A stretch of DNA of 64,000 nt from Spongospora subterranea f. sp. subterranea (taxonomy: Eukaryota): contig JAUGWO010000084.1 of NCBI GenBank assembly GCA_049724395.1, positions 62,001 to 126,000 on the forward strand, in the 5' to 3' direction. Shown here one piece after another: positions 1-12,379 of this stretch. Positions within the stretch are counted from its first letter, which is position 1; the number at the start of each line of letters is the position of its first letter. A model generated the notes under the pieces. It was given only the letters and a program-made list of their open reading frames with translations, searched no databases and was not told where the DNA came from. The position numbers and the translations under genes were made by a program.

Positions 1-583
1 CTATCGTGTCGAATCGGACCTGATCGCGATCGACAAAAAATATCTCGATCGCACGCTACTCCTATTGATGGTTTCACCAATGCCAACATCGAGTCGCGTA
101 TCCGACGCCAAATCGCTTCTCGAGACCATGTTCAACGGCTGGAAATCGACCTTCAACCACAGTGTGTCGTACCAGGTGTCTCGCGACAACGTCGTCGAGT
201 TCAACGTCGCATTCAGCCGTTGTTCCAATGAACAGCCCATTCCTGGCAATGTCGTCAACGTGTTGTTCATGGTCGAATTTCACCCAACCCAACCGGCGAA
301 AATCAGCTTTCAGATCGAGGGGTAAACTGGTCGCCGTTGATTGAAAATAATTTTGGGGTCGTCGAATTGATCTGTTTCTGTGTTTGTCGACGAGTTCAGG
401 GAGCATTTTCTCTATGGGATTCCAGATGGGCAAGGACCATCGCGGAATATCGACCAGCTCATCATCGACAATCTCAAGTTCAAACAGCGCCTGCGCGATG
501 CGTTCACCCCCCAGATCATCAGCATCAACGACAGCACCCAGATGTTGCCGATGCAGAGCAAACACGGTCTCAATACACAGTGA
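1..583 (+). CDS. 3' part of a spliced gene, possibly AKAP14/AKAP28-domain-like (ciliary) protein
   Basis: Open frame from the window start to a GT donor at ~322, then a second exon ending TGA at 583. The peptide FSRCSNEQPIPGNVVNVLFMVE...ISFQIEG..REH resembles my recollection of the AKAP28 domain pattern (FSxPxxxxPIPxxTVxVxF). Confidence 0.45.
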
Positions 584-1139
584 TCTGGATTTCGTGACCA
601 ACGCGCAACCCGATTCCGGCCGACAATTGAACGCCACATATGTTACAACGTGTTGTCAGTGATGTTTTCGCCGAGATAGTATCGTTGGAATTGCTCGGAG
701 CAAGATATTCAAGTTCAACAGAATAGTTCACAGAACGAAAATGGAATTCTTATCGATAAATTCAGGATCGCAATGACGAAAAAGCGAATCTCGCTCAACA
801 TGACTGTATTTACCGAAAAACAAAACCGCCGACGACGAGCAGAACCCAAAATTCCATTTAGCGAACGGGGATAATGGGGACTCTCCCCAGGAACCAGCCC
901 ATGGTAGATTTATCTGGAGGAAATCGGGTGGTGGACCACGGGTTGACTCATCGGGCGATGACACAACTGAAGGGGGGGAATCGGTCGTGTTGGTGAGTCG
1001 GCATGAGTCATATTGGAGTAGGGGATTAGAGTCCTCGTCGATCCCCAATCATTCTACAATTAAATTCGGGTTCACGACTATTAAATCAAAGAACAACCGA
1101 CACTTCTATATCGAAAGTCGTACAACAACAAAGACAATA

Positions 1140-1769
1140 ATGTTATCGAAATATTTGATGATCGCGGCCGTTGCCCTGTCGGCCATTGCCAACGCCGGCG
1201 AGACCATGATCACTGTGGAACACGGTGATGGGCACGTCGATAATACAGTGAGGGAAGCGGGGACCGGGATCGCCGATATCGCTCGGCTCCATCACGAGAA
1301 GATCCACACCGGTCGGGGGCTGTCCGACAATCACCTGGTCAACGATCACGGGGAGTTTCATCGTCAGGACCTCGGTCTCGGCGAGCACGAGAACATCCTT
1401 CATGAGTCGTTGAACGATCACGACCACGAACACGACCACGAACACGCGTTCGTCGGTCATCTGGCCGGCGATCACGGGCACGGGCTAGAGGAGGTTCACC
1501 ATGCCCTGCACGGGCATGAAGGCCACGATGGACACGGTTTCGGCCACGATGGACATGATGATGGACTCGGTTACGGCCACGATGGACATGGTCACGGTTT
1601 CGGCCACGAGGGACATGATGGACACGGTTTCGGCCACGATGGGCACGAGTTCGGGGGGCATCACAGTGACCACGATGGCATTGATGGTCATCATGGGCAC
1701 GATGAGTTCCCGACGCCGTTCGACGAGCACCACGAGCACGGGCACGACGGCGCCCATGGACATCACTGA
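1140..1769 (+). CDS. Secreted His/Gly/Asp-rich repeat protein (209 aa, intronless)
   Basis: ATG 1140 to TGA 1769. Signal-peptide-like N-terminus MLSKYLMIAAVALSAIANA, followed by a His-rich body with GHGFGH[DE]GH repeats. Confidence 0.85.
   Translation: MLSKYLMIAAVALSAIANAGETMITVEHGDGHVDNTVREAGTGIADIARLHHEKIHTGRGLSDNHLVNDHGEFHRQDLGLGEHENILHESLNDHDHEHDHEHAFVGHLAGDHGHGLEEVHHALHGHEGHDGHGFGHDGHDDGLGYGHDGHGHGFGHEGHDGHGFGHDGHEFGGHHSDHDGIDGHHGHDEFPTPFDEHHEHGHDGAHGHH
1513..1660 (+). repeat. Coding tandem repeat (~30-33 bp units, GHGFGHDGHD)
   Basis: Recurrent ggacacggtttcggccacgatggacatgat-like units. Confidence 0.85.
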
Positions 1770-2388
1770 TTGAGGGGGATCGTCGTCCCAGATTAACTAA
1801 TATCAACATCAATACAGAAAAGGGCCAGCCCACTTCCGTCATGTCATTTGCAATTGAAATGTGACGCATTGTCCTCACAGATAGGACCGTGTTCTGGATT
1901 ATCCGCTCACGGCACTCGCATTGTCCCAGATATGTCGACACACATTGTCGACTTGTTTGGCGCCACAGGCTGAGAACTGATACGAGTAGCGCCGAGATTT
2001 ACACGGGTCAAACGGCAATCGATCTGACGAGTATTTGGCACCTCCCTCGAGACACGACCTTGGCCGTTCCTTGGCCGTGTGCAGCGCCATGTCGCGTTAC
2101 CACTGTGGGGTGGTGTATCGGTAGGGTCAAGGTAGTCCGTGGATATAACGTGACGGTGACCGGGCGTGGGCACATCTGGTCAAGGCGGGTTTCGGATTTT
2201 GGGCACAACACAATCCAGAGAATATCAATATACATCCCTGGTGGGTGTGGCGCCATCTCGGTTGGGAATCCCTTTCCTGGGCGGTGACGAGCCCTGGTCA
2301 ATTCCCATTCATAACGGGGTGTCGGCGGCGGTGGTGACCTTTACCCAGACGGTGATTTCTTCGTCTGGTGTGAATCCGGGTTAACAAC

Positions 2389-4023
2389 ATGGCCAAATCA
2401 CGTTCTGGTCGACCCCGCAAAACCAGGATTACGCCGGCTGCTAGAGCCGCTCCCGCTATCAATATCCACGCCAATCATGTTGGTCGTCATTGTCACGCGA
2501 TTCCCACCAGATCGTGCTGACATTGGTTCTGGTGGTGTTTAGGTCGATGTTCTAGACGAAACACCCGACAATGATCAATTGATGGAATCGTTCTTCGACC
2601 TACAGACGAGCCGACCCGCTGCATCAGCTCAGGCGATTCAGCACAGGGACGAACTCTGCAAGCTTGGCGACCGCGACCGTCTAGCAATTATTCGTAAAAC
2701 CCTCGAACGCAAATCGACCGATATCGACTATAATCAGATCAGCGAGAAATGTATTCGCTCCTTAGAGTATTGTTCCATCATTGTTAACTCCCCCTCCGAT
2801 TGATCATATCGTTGTTGTTCCGATTCAGTTCGGGGTCGAACGTCTTGCTGGTCGGTCTGGGATCGAAACAGGATCTGCTGATGCGATTCACGAACGACAA
2901 TCTCAACAATCTCTCGTGCGTCGTTATCAACGGTTTCTCGAACACATCTCGTCGTCGTCGTCGGGTTCCTAAAACCACCCCCGTTCCTCAGGTTATTGCG
3001 ATGTGTTCTCGCTATCGCATCTGCTGTCGTCGATCTCAACCCGTATCCTGTCGATAAAAGTGGCGCGCCGCGATCCGCTCAAACAGTCGACCGCGATCAT
3101 CAACGCCCTAAGCGCTGACAACAGGCATATCTACCTGGTCGTCCACAACCTCGATGGCCCTCGTTTTCGTAGCACCAAAGTCTCGATCACCCGCCGAATT
3201 TGCTTTATCAAATTTCTCACAAAACAGATCTATTCCAGGTCCAGGCCGTTTTCGCTCGATTAGCCGAATCGAAATTCGTTCACATGATCGCCACGATCGA
3301 CCACATCAGAACATCGCTTCGTTCGTAAATCTGTTGAGGCCTCGACGTTTTCGAACTCGCTCGGCTCATTGTCCCCATTGTTTTTCAGTTTGGGATTCGG
3401 CGATCGTCAACGACTTCGGATTCCACATCGTGGTGGCCAACACGCTGGCGCCATACCTGGCCGAAACCGTGAACGCCGACAGCGCGCGACGGAAACGCGC
3501 CAGCAAGCACCTGGGTAAGCGGGCGTCACCATTGTGCCGACCGCAGCCGGCCTGAATCGCCCTCGCAGGTCGACCAAGACACGGGAACGCCTCGGGAATC
3601 GACGCCATCCTTAAGAGCTTCACGCCGCGACAGAAAGAGGCGCTGTCGAATCTGGCGTTCAGTCAGCTGGAGCGTGACCCGGAAGGTCGTTTTTTTTTTT
3701 GGGTTTTTTTTAGGATTCCTGTTCGGCGAAGAACGCGCGCGCCCCCGACCCCGATTGACATATTGTGTGCCGATAGGGCTGGAGCTGATGGAGTGGATGG
3801 AGATCTGCAACGGGACGAATGAGCGCGATTTCCGAATATTGGTCGACGAGCTGCGCTATCAGAAACTGGTGGAGGAGTTCTCCCATTCGATCACCAACGC
3901 GCCAACGTATAAGGTTCGACTGTCGTTTTCGTCGTCGCCCTGCCATTGCCAAACATTCTCTCGCAGATCGTCCTGGACGACGACCTGATCCGATCGAAAC
4001 TGCTCATGGACGACACGATCTGA
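2389..4023 (+). CDS. ORC2: Origin recognition complex subunit 2 (multi-exon)
   Basis: Exon peptides NVLLVGLGSKQDLL, CVVINGF, IYLVVHNLDGPRFR, IHMIATIDHI, WD..., TLAPYLAET and GIDAILKSFTPRQK match ORC2 conserved blocks. ATG 2389, TGA 4021-4023. Confidence 0.85.
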
Positions 4024-4784
4024 ATAGAAATACTTTAATATTGATTAACCCGTTTGGGAGATTGTTAAGCTTCATCTTCATTTTTGTTTATTTAGCCATA
4101 TTCTGCGAATCCCGTCTCCCTTTCCCATTTCGTTGCTTTTTTCGTTCTTTTCTTTGTGCTTCCTTTTTTTCCAGCCGAGGTAGCCAGATCGGAGGAAGAG
4201 ACTGAGTGGCACATCGAGAGATAACGACGAACATGGCCGGATTTTATATTGGCTGCGTTTTTCTGTTGAATCGAACTCCATTGACGGTCGATAGCGAGCA
4301 ACGGCTAGGTCGGTTTTGGCAATCAGCCAGCTACGTGGTACGATGGGTCAACGATGGTGCTGGGGTTTTCAGAACCTGTACATGATCGCATTGTCAAACT
4401 GACGACCGTATTTACACATGTGTGTGCGATTAATGGATTTATTAAGCAGATTTCTGGTGCTATCGGCAGTACATTTCCTGAAACGGTTCCGTTAACACAT
4501 GAACCAATTCACCGATTTCAACTCAGGGGTGTTGTGTTGTTGCCCCATTTTTGCCCATCACCACCAATGACCGAGATGCAGCCGCCCCGAACTGGGGAAT
4601 GGCGTCGTCCTGCTCCAGGCGATTGCCCGTCCATCGCCGATCGAACACAGGCTAATCCAGATTGGTCGTTAACTGACCCAAGATCTGTATAAACTCCAGT
4701 AAAACCCCATTGTGTTCACCGCCCAATTCACCACCAATCGCGGCCCATCACCCTCACGCCGCTCCAGACGCATCTCCGATCCGG

Positions 4785-5828
4785 TTATTGTGGAGCGATT
4801 CTGGTTGTTTTGAAGGCGTTGGGAAACGCGGCGACTTTGCCGGGCAACATTCTCGGCACGTGAACAGGTCGTATCCCGGTCTCGGGGATTTTAAACGCGG
4901 GGGGCGATGATCTCGCCCTGGGGAAGATCTTGACGACGGCGATGGACGACAGGACCATGGACGTGATTTGGATGATCATCCGAACGGCGAACCGAAACCC
5001 CTCGGCGTCCCAGCTCAGGAATATCGACAATCCCTCGTAGAACGTTAGCGCCAGGTTCAGGCCCAAATTCAGGAACACCAACTTGAGCAGGTAGAACTTG
5101 GCGCTGTTGTTGTCGCGGGCGGCGAAACCTCTCCGGAAGTGGACGAACCCCGATATCGACTTAACGAGAATATAGGTGGTCGATAGGGATAGCGCCACGA
5201 TGGCCAACCCCGCCATCAGTCCCGCCACTCCCGTCGGGTTCGCCGACTGCATCACACAGGTCAGCTCCTGGCGGGCGGTCGGCGCCCTGATCACGCCCTT
5301 GTTTGCGATCGTCAGACATATCTGCGATCCGATTGCGGCTAGGTAATAGACCTGATCGGGAGACACAGCTCGTCAAAAAATTTCAAGCGAAACGCCATTC
5401 GTTGATTATGAAAACCACGACGAACCATCAAAGCGGTGGTCAACCGGTTACTCTCCTTAGCGTCGAGCTGGTAGAACACGCTGGCGACACGGTTCAGGAA
5501 CAGCTGAAGGGTGGCGTTCGCGTCTGATATTCAACTCGTGAAAACGCAGCAGAATAATGGGGAGCGACGACGACGTACAGATCATCTGGGCGGCGAGGAA
5601 GAACGGGCACAGCGCGGTGTTGATCAACGGCAAGAACAAGGTGAGAATGGCGGCGCCGTTGGCGATGAAGTCGACCAATACCAGTTCGGCCAGGACCACG
5701 TCGTGCTTGGCCGCGCTCCGAAACCAGGAATTGTACCCGAGCTGGACGAGCGAGGCGCCGGTCAACACGGCCATCAACAGGTTGCCGATCACCTGATTGG
5801 CCAAGAACTCGTCGGTCAGCGAGCCCAT
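4785..5828 (-). CDS. Seven-transmembrane GPCR-like protein, paralog 1 (3 exons)
   Basis: ATG 5828, introns at ~5525-5577 and ~5353-5424, stop 4785. Seven hydrophobic segments, Cys before TM3 (LCP), FLNRVASVFY at the end of TM3 and a Cys in the TM4-TM5 loop. Confidence 0.72.
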
Positions 5829-6835
5829 ATCGGATCGATTGGGGAAGCGCGACAACCGTGTTCGATGATGAATTCCTTATTGACAGATTGGGTCAATTCT
5901 GTACCCCACTGGATCAATTTCGTTTGGCGAAATCAACAATCTGTTGGCGCTAGGGGTTTCTCGTGTCGTCGTAGTTGTCGGGATCAGAAGGTTTGAACCT
6001 GTTTCCTGTTCGAATTCGCTCCCAACAACATCATGATTCAACAGGCTCAGCGCATTGTGAATGCGGTGAACGCCTGAACACGCTGCTCCTTCTTATCGGC
6101 TTCTGAAGAAGAGGTTTCGATCTGGTTCAGGGGGAGTGGGAACAGCAATGTTTTCCCCTATCGCATCTTTCCCGATATTCCGACGGGCGATCGTGAATGT
6201 ATTCCCGTTTTCTTGCGAGATTCTACACGCCCTGTTCGCCCCCGATTCTGACAAACACGGGCCGTATGAGCCACAGCAATATTTGGATCAAATCAAGCCG
6301 ATCTGTTCGAGAATAATGTTGGAGCAGCTTTAGTTGCGGTTTGCTGAAAATTCCGAAAAGCACCAATTCGACTTCACGATCCCACGTTTAGAGGGCGCAA
6401 TCTTATCAGCGAACGCATCGCCCGACGCTGTCAAGCCTGTCGCTCAATCAGTTGCTTCGAATTCGCAAATCGCAGGCGCCGAGTCGCCAATACACAATGG
6501 GGATTCCTTTACTTTCAAAATTTGGACTTTTTCCCTTAGATTCCCTGCTCCTCCCTGTTATAAGGACTGGAAACCGTTTCATTCTTCACCGTTTCCAATC
6601 GATTCAAGAGCTTGTTGATTGACGGTTCTCTTTACAAAAATCAGACACGGAACGTCTCCGTCGGCCACTCGCCCTGAGAAACTGCTGACGTTCAACGCAT
6701 CGCGTTCTGGGATCGTGTTCGAATGGCAAGCGTTGCGATCGGGTGATCGTTGCCGATCGCCCAAACCCCTTTCATCATGGGAACCACACACTATATCAAC
6801 AGCGCCAGTCCGTCTGACGACGAGAACACAACATT

Positions 6836-7875
6836 TTATAGATTTACTGGCTTCTCACCAGCTGTGGTCGCGATTGTTTTGTTGGGGCGCGCAGTGCTAA
6901 CACCCTTCGCGCGCAACGTGCTGAAGTTCTGACCATTGGTCGTGGGCGCTCGGGACTTGGCGTCATAAAGTTTCGCCATGACGACAACCGATATTCCAAG
7001 CCCCAGCGTCCTTGTGATTGAGCTGACGACGAAGCGTGCTATGGCGTCGTCCATGACGAAAATCACCTCGATCACCATAACCATGATTATTGCCGCGAAT
7101 TCGATGGCCTCTTTGAAGAATACCAGCTTTAGGATCAGCATCGACCTTTGGCGAGAAGAAGAACCGGCTTTCTGGGAGAGTCGGCGAAACTTCATATACC
7201 CGAACAACGTTTGGCACAATATGTATACGATGACCAACGCGAGAATGATGCTGGACAAGATGTTGGCGGCGCCGGGAACCCCATCGGATTCCGGGGATGA
7301 GGGACAGGAAAGGGAGGTCGTCTCCGCTTGCGCTAGAGTGAAATCGGCGCCGTAGACGATGTAGACCGCCCCCGCCACGAACTCTGACACAATCAACACC
7401 TGGGAAACGATGGGGTGACGCAGAAGAGATTGGGGCAAATATTCCTACAAGCAATGAGATGAATAAACGGGTCTGGACTTTCGGCTCCATGGCGTAAAAC
7501 ACGTACGCGACACGGTTGAGAAAGATCATTTTGCCTGTGTTGAGACCTGATGATCTGGAAGTTATTTTTTGGGGGTCGGGGTCGGGGGGGGGGGGGGGGG
7601 GGGGGGGAATTCGCAATCGACCAACCGAATAGATCAAATGTGGCAGTATATGGGCACAATGTGGTGCTGATCAGAGGGATGAACATAGACACCGTAAACA
7701 CACAATTGGCGAACACATCCAGCACGGCCAGCTCCAGTAGAACACGCTTGTGCCGATCGGGGCTCCGGAACACGGTGTTGTAGACGGCTAGGGATCCCAC
7801 CGCCGCCGTATGCACACACAGTAGGATGTTCGCTGGCAGAGCATGGAATTGAGGCTCGATTTGTTCCGACGACAT
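6836..7875 (-). CDS. Seven-transmembrane GPCR-like protein, paralog 2 (3 exons)
   Basis: ATG 7875, stop 6836. Shares YNxxFRS, VLxELxxxDxxAN, FxPLIxTxLCP, FLNRVAxVFY and LKLVF motifs and both intron positions with paralog 1. Confidence 0.72.
7571..7607. repeat. G-run (24-nt homopolymer 7584-7607) inside intron 1 of the 7TM paralog 2 gene
   Basis: Seen directly; reads as poly-C on the sense strand of the intron. Confidence 0.9.
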
Positions 7876-8159
7876 TGTTCGTGTTCCAAAGTCACCTCAA
7901 ACGTTTGCGCGGGCGAGATCGTTAGAAGGGCCACGAGAAGCGGTGAGATCGTCAGACGTCATGTAAATATCTATCAATGGTACCCCATACTACCGCATTG
8001 CCACCAAATATCAGACAACCGATCGCCAATACACGATCATTTCACGTCATTCATTACATTGTTGATGGGATTAGTCGATCAACCTAAACCCGCTGCTGCA
8101 AGACCACGCCGAGGCCTTCTAAACTTACATTCGTTCCAATGGTGAACTTCGTGTCGCAG

Positions 8160-8740
8160 GACGGCAATCCGTCGTTAACGCTGCCCTCAATCAAGTCCAG
8201 GCCTCCTGTTGATCATCTCCTCAACAGAACGGCGAACAATCGTTGACGTGGCTGATGACGGCGACGGCACCGTCGCGTCTTGTGCGCTGGGCTCTTTTAC
8301 TGAACGAATACGACATGGAGATTGTCAACAGGAGGGGCGCGAGCAATCCAGCTGCAGATGCGCTATCTGTAATGATCGTGATCACACGGTCGAAGTCTAA
8401 TTGATCGTGACGACGCGGGGTGTATCACCCAACGACGAAGACGATCGAATCGCCTGCGCGGAGGTACGAGCCAATGGTCGGAAGGACGGCACCTGCCGAC
8501 CCAATCAGTTACGACGCTTGACAGGAGAGGATGACCTTGTTTACCTCCGAGTTCAGGTTAAGAAACCGAGACGACGCCGTCAGCCAAGCCGCCGAACGAG
8601 ATATACCCGAGTGCATTATTGAGGATGGCCTGGGTTTGATCCGAGTTCGAGATGGATGGCGCCGCATACTAACACCGATAGCGGCCCAGGCCCCAGATCA
8701 TCGCCAATGCACATGGGGGTAATGCTCTTACTGGTCATTG
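8160..8740 (+). mobile_element. Ty3/Gypsy pol remnant (RNase H C-terminus and integrase zinc-finger region)
   Basis: Translates as SLTWLMTATAPSRLVRWALLLNEYDMEIVNRRGASNPAADALS (~8240-8370) and QIIANAHGGNALTGH (~8695-8740). Frameshifted. Confidence 0.85.
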
Positions 8741-8959
8741 TGACGGAATTGATCTCGTCTTGATCGCGTCTAAACCCCAACATGGCTCTCTGTATTCGAA
8801 TATTCATCTCCACTCATCATCGAAGAGGATACGCCGCTTGTGCAGCCGCTCAACTTGACCTGGATGGGACATGGCCGTCCCGCTGCCCGGATTCGACCGC
8901 CGCGACGCTGGCGGAAAGGCGATATGAGTGGTCGTTCTGTGTGCACGAGGAACGCCAAA

Positions 8960-9470
8960 CCTGGTGAACATCACTCGCAGCCAATGCATTACGCTCTCGT
9001 AATCAGCGACGCCAACGCCAGGGCGGGCCCTTCAGGTTGTTCAGCAGCGCGTGGAGCTTTTGCTGTGGCGTTATCGACGCCTCGTTCGGATCCGTCAAGT
9101 CACACAGATGGTCGAACATGTCCAACCAGGATTCGTCATCCATGGACTAATCGTGGACCGGTGTCTCGTCTTTGACGAAGAGGCGGTATGGCATTTGACC
9201 TGTGTGCGATTTCGCGGCGCTCTGGAACGAGATAGGGGTCATGGTCGACCATCTGTGTGACTTGACGGATCCGAACGAGGCGGCGATAACGCCACAGCTG
9301 GCGCTGCTGAAAAACCTGAGGGGCCCGGCGCTTGCCCTGGCGTTGGCGGAAGGTCGCGTTGTTGATTACGAGAGTGTAATGCACCGGCTGCGGGTGATGT
9401 TCACCAGGAATAACATGGCTGGCAACACCCTTGATAGGTTCAACGACCTACGACAGCGACCCAACCATTC
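8960..9470. mobile_element. Two inverted copies of a Gypsy gag-like fragment (arms 8960-9120 and 9240-9408)
   Basis: The plus copy encodes ...YESVMHRLRVMFTRNNMAGNTLDRFNDLRQRP (retrotransposon gag-like). 8960-9120 is its imperfect reverse complement. Confidence 0.75.
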
Positions 9471-9699
9471 GCCCTTTGGATCGCGTCCGGGTTTCAGCCG
9501 CCATAATGTCGCGCTTCAAAACCTCGGACTGGAAAACGGGCTCGACATGCTCATGCGGAAGATCGTTCTGCATTCCGCAATCCGCACAGCCGATTCGCAT
9601 CTGCCTGCCACGTTGTCGAGAAGAAAGACATTGAGCGCCGTTACGAAGAAGGTCATGGTTGATCAGACGACCATCTGGCGAGCGTTGGAATTCGCCGTC

Positions 9700-10510
9700 G
9701 TCAGAATCAGTTTGAATGCCTTGGGCACGTTGTGCTTCACTTCATCATCGTCACCGAATTATTTCAGCTGCTGTTCGACTGCAGCTTTCAGGCTGGTGGA
9801 TGTAGTCCTTCCAACAGAACTGCGATTTTGCGGTTCCGTCGGCGTTGTAGATGCTGTCCAGACCGTGGTCCTTGATTAGAGTGTCGAAAGACGTCAAGTA
9901 GCTGAGCACCCGATCCTCTGCACTCGTGATTGACAGATTCATGGCGATTGTATCTCGAATAATTTTCTCAGATCTTGAGGCGTCGATGTGGCGGACCAGA
10001 TCGTATTCGGGCAAAAGTATTTCCAGGATTTGTTCGTCAGTTGTTTCTTCGACTGGCTTCATCATGATATATGTCGCTAGACCTCCCAGTTTATAAGGGG
10101 CAACACACAGCTCTTGATTGAGCTTGGAAAGACGTTCTCCTTGTGGACCGAACGTCGTTCTTTTACCAGCGATTCGTAGCAGTCGTATTCCCGAGTAAAT
10201 TTGTCGACGGATTTCAAATCAAAGCTGGTGGTCTTCGGAGCTGACATTGGAGTGAACAGCGGCGGTGGTGGCGCCATTGTTGTTGTGACAGGTGCCTCGC
10301 TTACCTCAGACGTTCTTGATGAGTTCTGTGGCGCCGCGTTAGAGGCGGAGCTCTGTCGATTGCGGTTATTGCGGGAGGTCATGATAACCTGCTTCGCGAT
10401 TTGGTTAAGCTAAAAAACGTTTTTTGTCACGTCCCCGCTTGAAGGCAACAGGACGGATACGAAAGGAACGGGGGAGAGAGAGAGAAATTTATTTCCAGTA
10501 CTGTCAAGTG
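9700..10510 (-). mobile_element. Gag-like remnant of a second LTR element with an upstream LTR end
   Basis: ORF pieces 10077-10382 and 9751-10065 (MNLSITSAEDRVLSYLTSFDTLIKDHGL) are separated by a stop/frameshift. Upstream on the minus strand are AATAAA and a TGACA LTR-like end (10425-10429). Confidence 0.55.
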
Positions 10511-10779
10511 CAGAACACATTTTGAACTGTGTGCGGGGCGGCGCTATCGAACGAGATGGCGCCATGGCAGCGTCCATTAGGGGGAACATTTCTCCGGAAA
10601 CTTCAGGAACCCATTGATTGCCCGTTTAAACCGAACCCACTCGGCGTTATCCAATGGTTCGTGATGACCGTGGGTTATCATCTTGGAAATGGCGTTTGCG
10701 TCCGTCGCCGGTCACCTTCGGCTTTTCCAGGCGCGAACGTAGTGGCGTCCGGCGTTTGTACGTGAATTTCAAACAACAA

Positions 10780-11355
10780 CAAAAACCGTGTTACTATCGT
10801 GAAATACAGAGAGCCATCTTGGTTTTGGGCAAACTTCGGTTATATTGTGGCATTGCGAGCAAGACGAGATTAATTCCGTCACATTCGTTGAGAGTTTCCA
10901 GACTTTGCATGTTGTCTTGCATGCGGCTACTTGGTTATACTGTGCTTGTTTTAGCCTTAGGAAAATCTGTGATTTTGCCAATTGGTCGCTCCTTTTCTCG
11001 AGCGATTGAGCTTGATTGTGTCGGTAAGTCAGATACCCCGATAACCGAATATTGTATCTCGGTCTTTCGTTTGAACTCTTCCCAATTTGTTCCTGTGAAC
11101 TCTGTATCAGCTGTAGGCCGCTGGTAAGTGTCGACAGGTCGACTTCCTGTTTTAGGTGGTGTTCCGAGTTCTGTTGTGGTCGTGTGTTTGGGAGTCGGTG
11201 TCCTGTTCGTTGTTGTTGGTTGCTCTTCTTCCTTTCGCCATAATCTCACAAACAGATACAACATGAGATTAGAGCGGAAGAGGAGTGATTGCATTGAGGT
11301 ACATCGGTTCAAGTAAGAATGTTGAACTAAGAGTGTGTAGTTGTTGAAAATATCA
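10780..11355 (-). mobile_element. Ty1/Copia 5' remnant (degenerate LTR and gag) abutting tRNA-Pro
   Basis: MAKGRRA... start (~11241) and GTNWEEFKRKTEIQ, homologous to MAKSRRRE...GSNWEEFKRKLETQ at 22297. Frameshifted. Confidence 0.7.
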
Positions 11356-11362
11356 CGCTTGT

Positions 11363-11434
11363 GGCTTAGTGGTCTAGTGGCATGATTTCCCGTTTGGGTC
11401 GGGAAGGTCCCGGTTTCGATTACCGGCTGAGCCC
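11363..11434 (+). tRNA. tRNA-Pro(TGG)
   Basis: 72-nt cloverleaf: GGCTTAG/CTGAGCC acceptor stem, TCCCG-TTTGGGT-CGGGA anticodon arm, CCGGT-TTCGATT-ACCGG T arm, downstream T-run. Confidence 0.95.
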
Positions 11435-11731
11435 TTTGTTTTTGCCTTTCATGCATCGTGCAGACCTATTTTCTGGAATAGCAATTTATTCAAGAATGGT
11501 TGGTCTCCAATTTATTCAAGAATGGCTGGTCTCCCATATTTTGACAATTGAACATAGTCTTTGAGACGAATGCTTCAAAAAACTCTGCAAGTGTTGTTCC
11601 AAAATTCTTAGACTGCCCGAACTACATTCGTTTCGCCATTCTTGTTCAATTTCCGCAGAACTAACCGAATCCCAACTAAAATCAAAAGAATCAGTAATGA
11701 ATTGGAAGGTCTTTTACGATACCTTTGTTAC

Positions 11732-11872
11732 TGTCAAATCAGACTTTACTTACGACCGGTAGCGTATAGATTAGGACCAAGCACAAGAAGCTGAAAGATC
11801 GTACGAGTAGCAGATCGTTGGATCAACAGTACGTTAGGTACGTTTGGATCGTCTCTCTGACACGCCCCCTCG
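11732..11872 (-). mobile_element. 3' LTR (131 bp, TGTCA...TGACA) with polypurine tract
   Basis: Terminal inverted pentamers at 11732-11736 and 11858-11862. On the minus strand GAGGGGGCG directly precedes TGTCA. Confidence 0.7.
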
Positions 11873-12009
11873 TCCACAGCTGATCAATCATGAACCAAGT
11901 AAACATATGATCATCCGCGAGGTGATTCGTGATCATACTCTGAATAACTGTTGTTTGATATTTGGAAGAACATCGAGAGTGGTTTCCATACAAAATCAGT
12001 ATCTGTTTC

Positions 12010-12081
12010 GGCTTAGTGGTCTAGTGGCATGATTTCCCGTTTGGGTCGGGAAGGTCCCGGTTTCGATTACCGGCTGAGCCC
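12010..12081 (+). tRNA. tRNA-Pro(TGG)
   Basis: Identical to 11363-11434; followed by a T6 terminator. Confidence 0.95.
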
Positions 12082-12379
12082 AATGTTTTTTCTCTCCTCA
12101 CAAGTTTTGTTCGATGAAAAGTGGGGTTGAATGTGAGCGCTGATTCTGAAAATCAACCATGATTCATCGTTTTCCTTAAGGAACCCTCGGTCGGCCGACT
12201 GCGGCTGATTTTTTTTTGTGTTTTCTCTATGTGGAGTTGGGGCCAGTACAACAAAATCGCAAACAAATGACGTGTTGGCCTGTGGCCCTTTGGTAAATTG
12301 GGGGCCAAACGAATCCACACCTGGGTGGTCGACCGATAGTCTCAAGGGGAATCTGACCTTGTAAGGCTCATCTTCATGG

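Noticed and set aside
1339..1941. Overlapping Arg-rich and Met/Val-rich ORFs around the His-rich gene
   Set aside because: These are shadow frames of the repetitive coding sequence.
7393..7783. Poly-Pro and poly-Gly ORFs
   Set aside because: They come from translating through the intronic G/C homopolymer, whose length may also be a sequencing artefact.
11482..11533. 26-bp tandem duplication downstream of the first tRNA
   Set aside because: Two-copy slippage-type duplication with no further structure.
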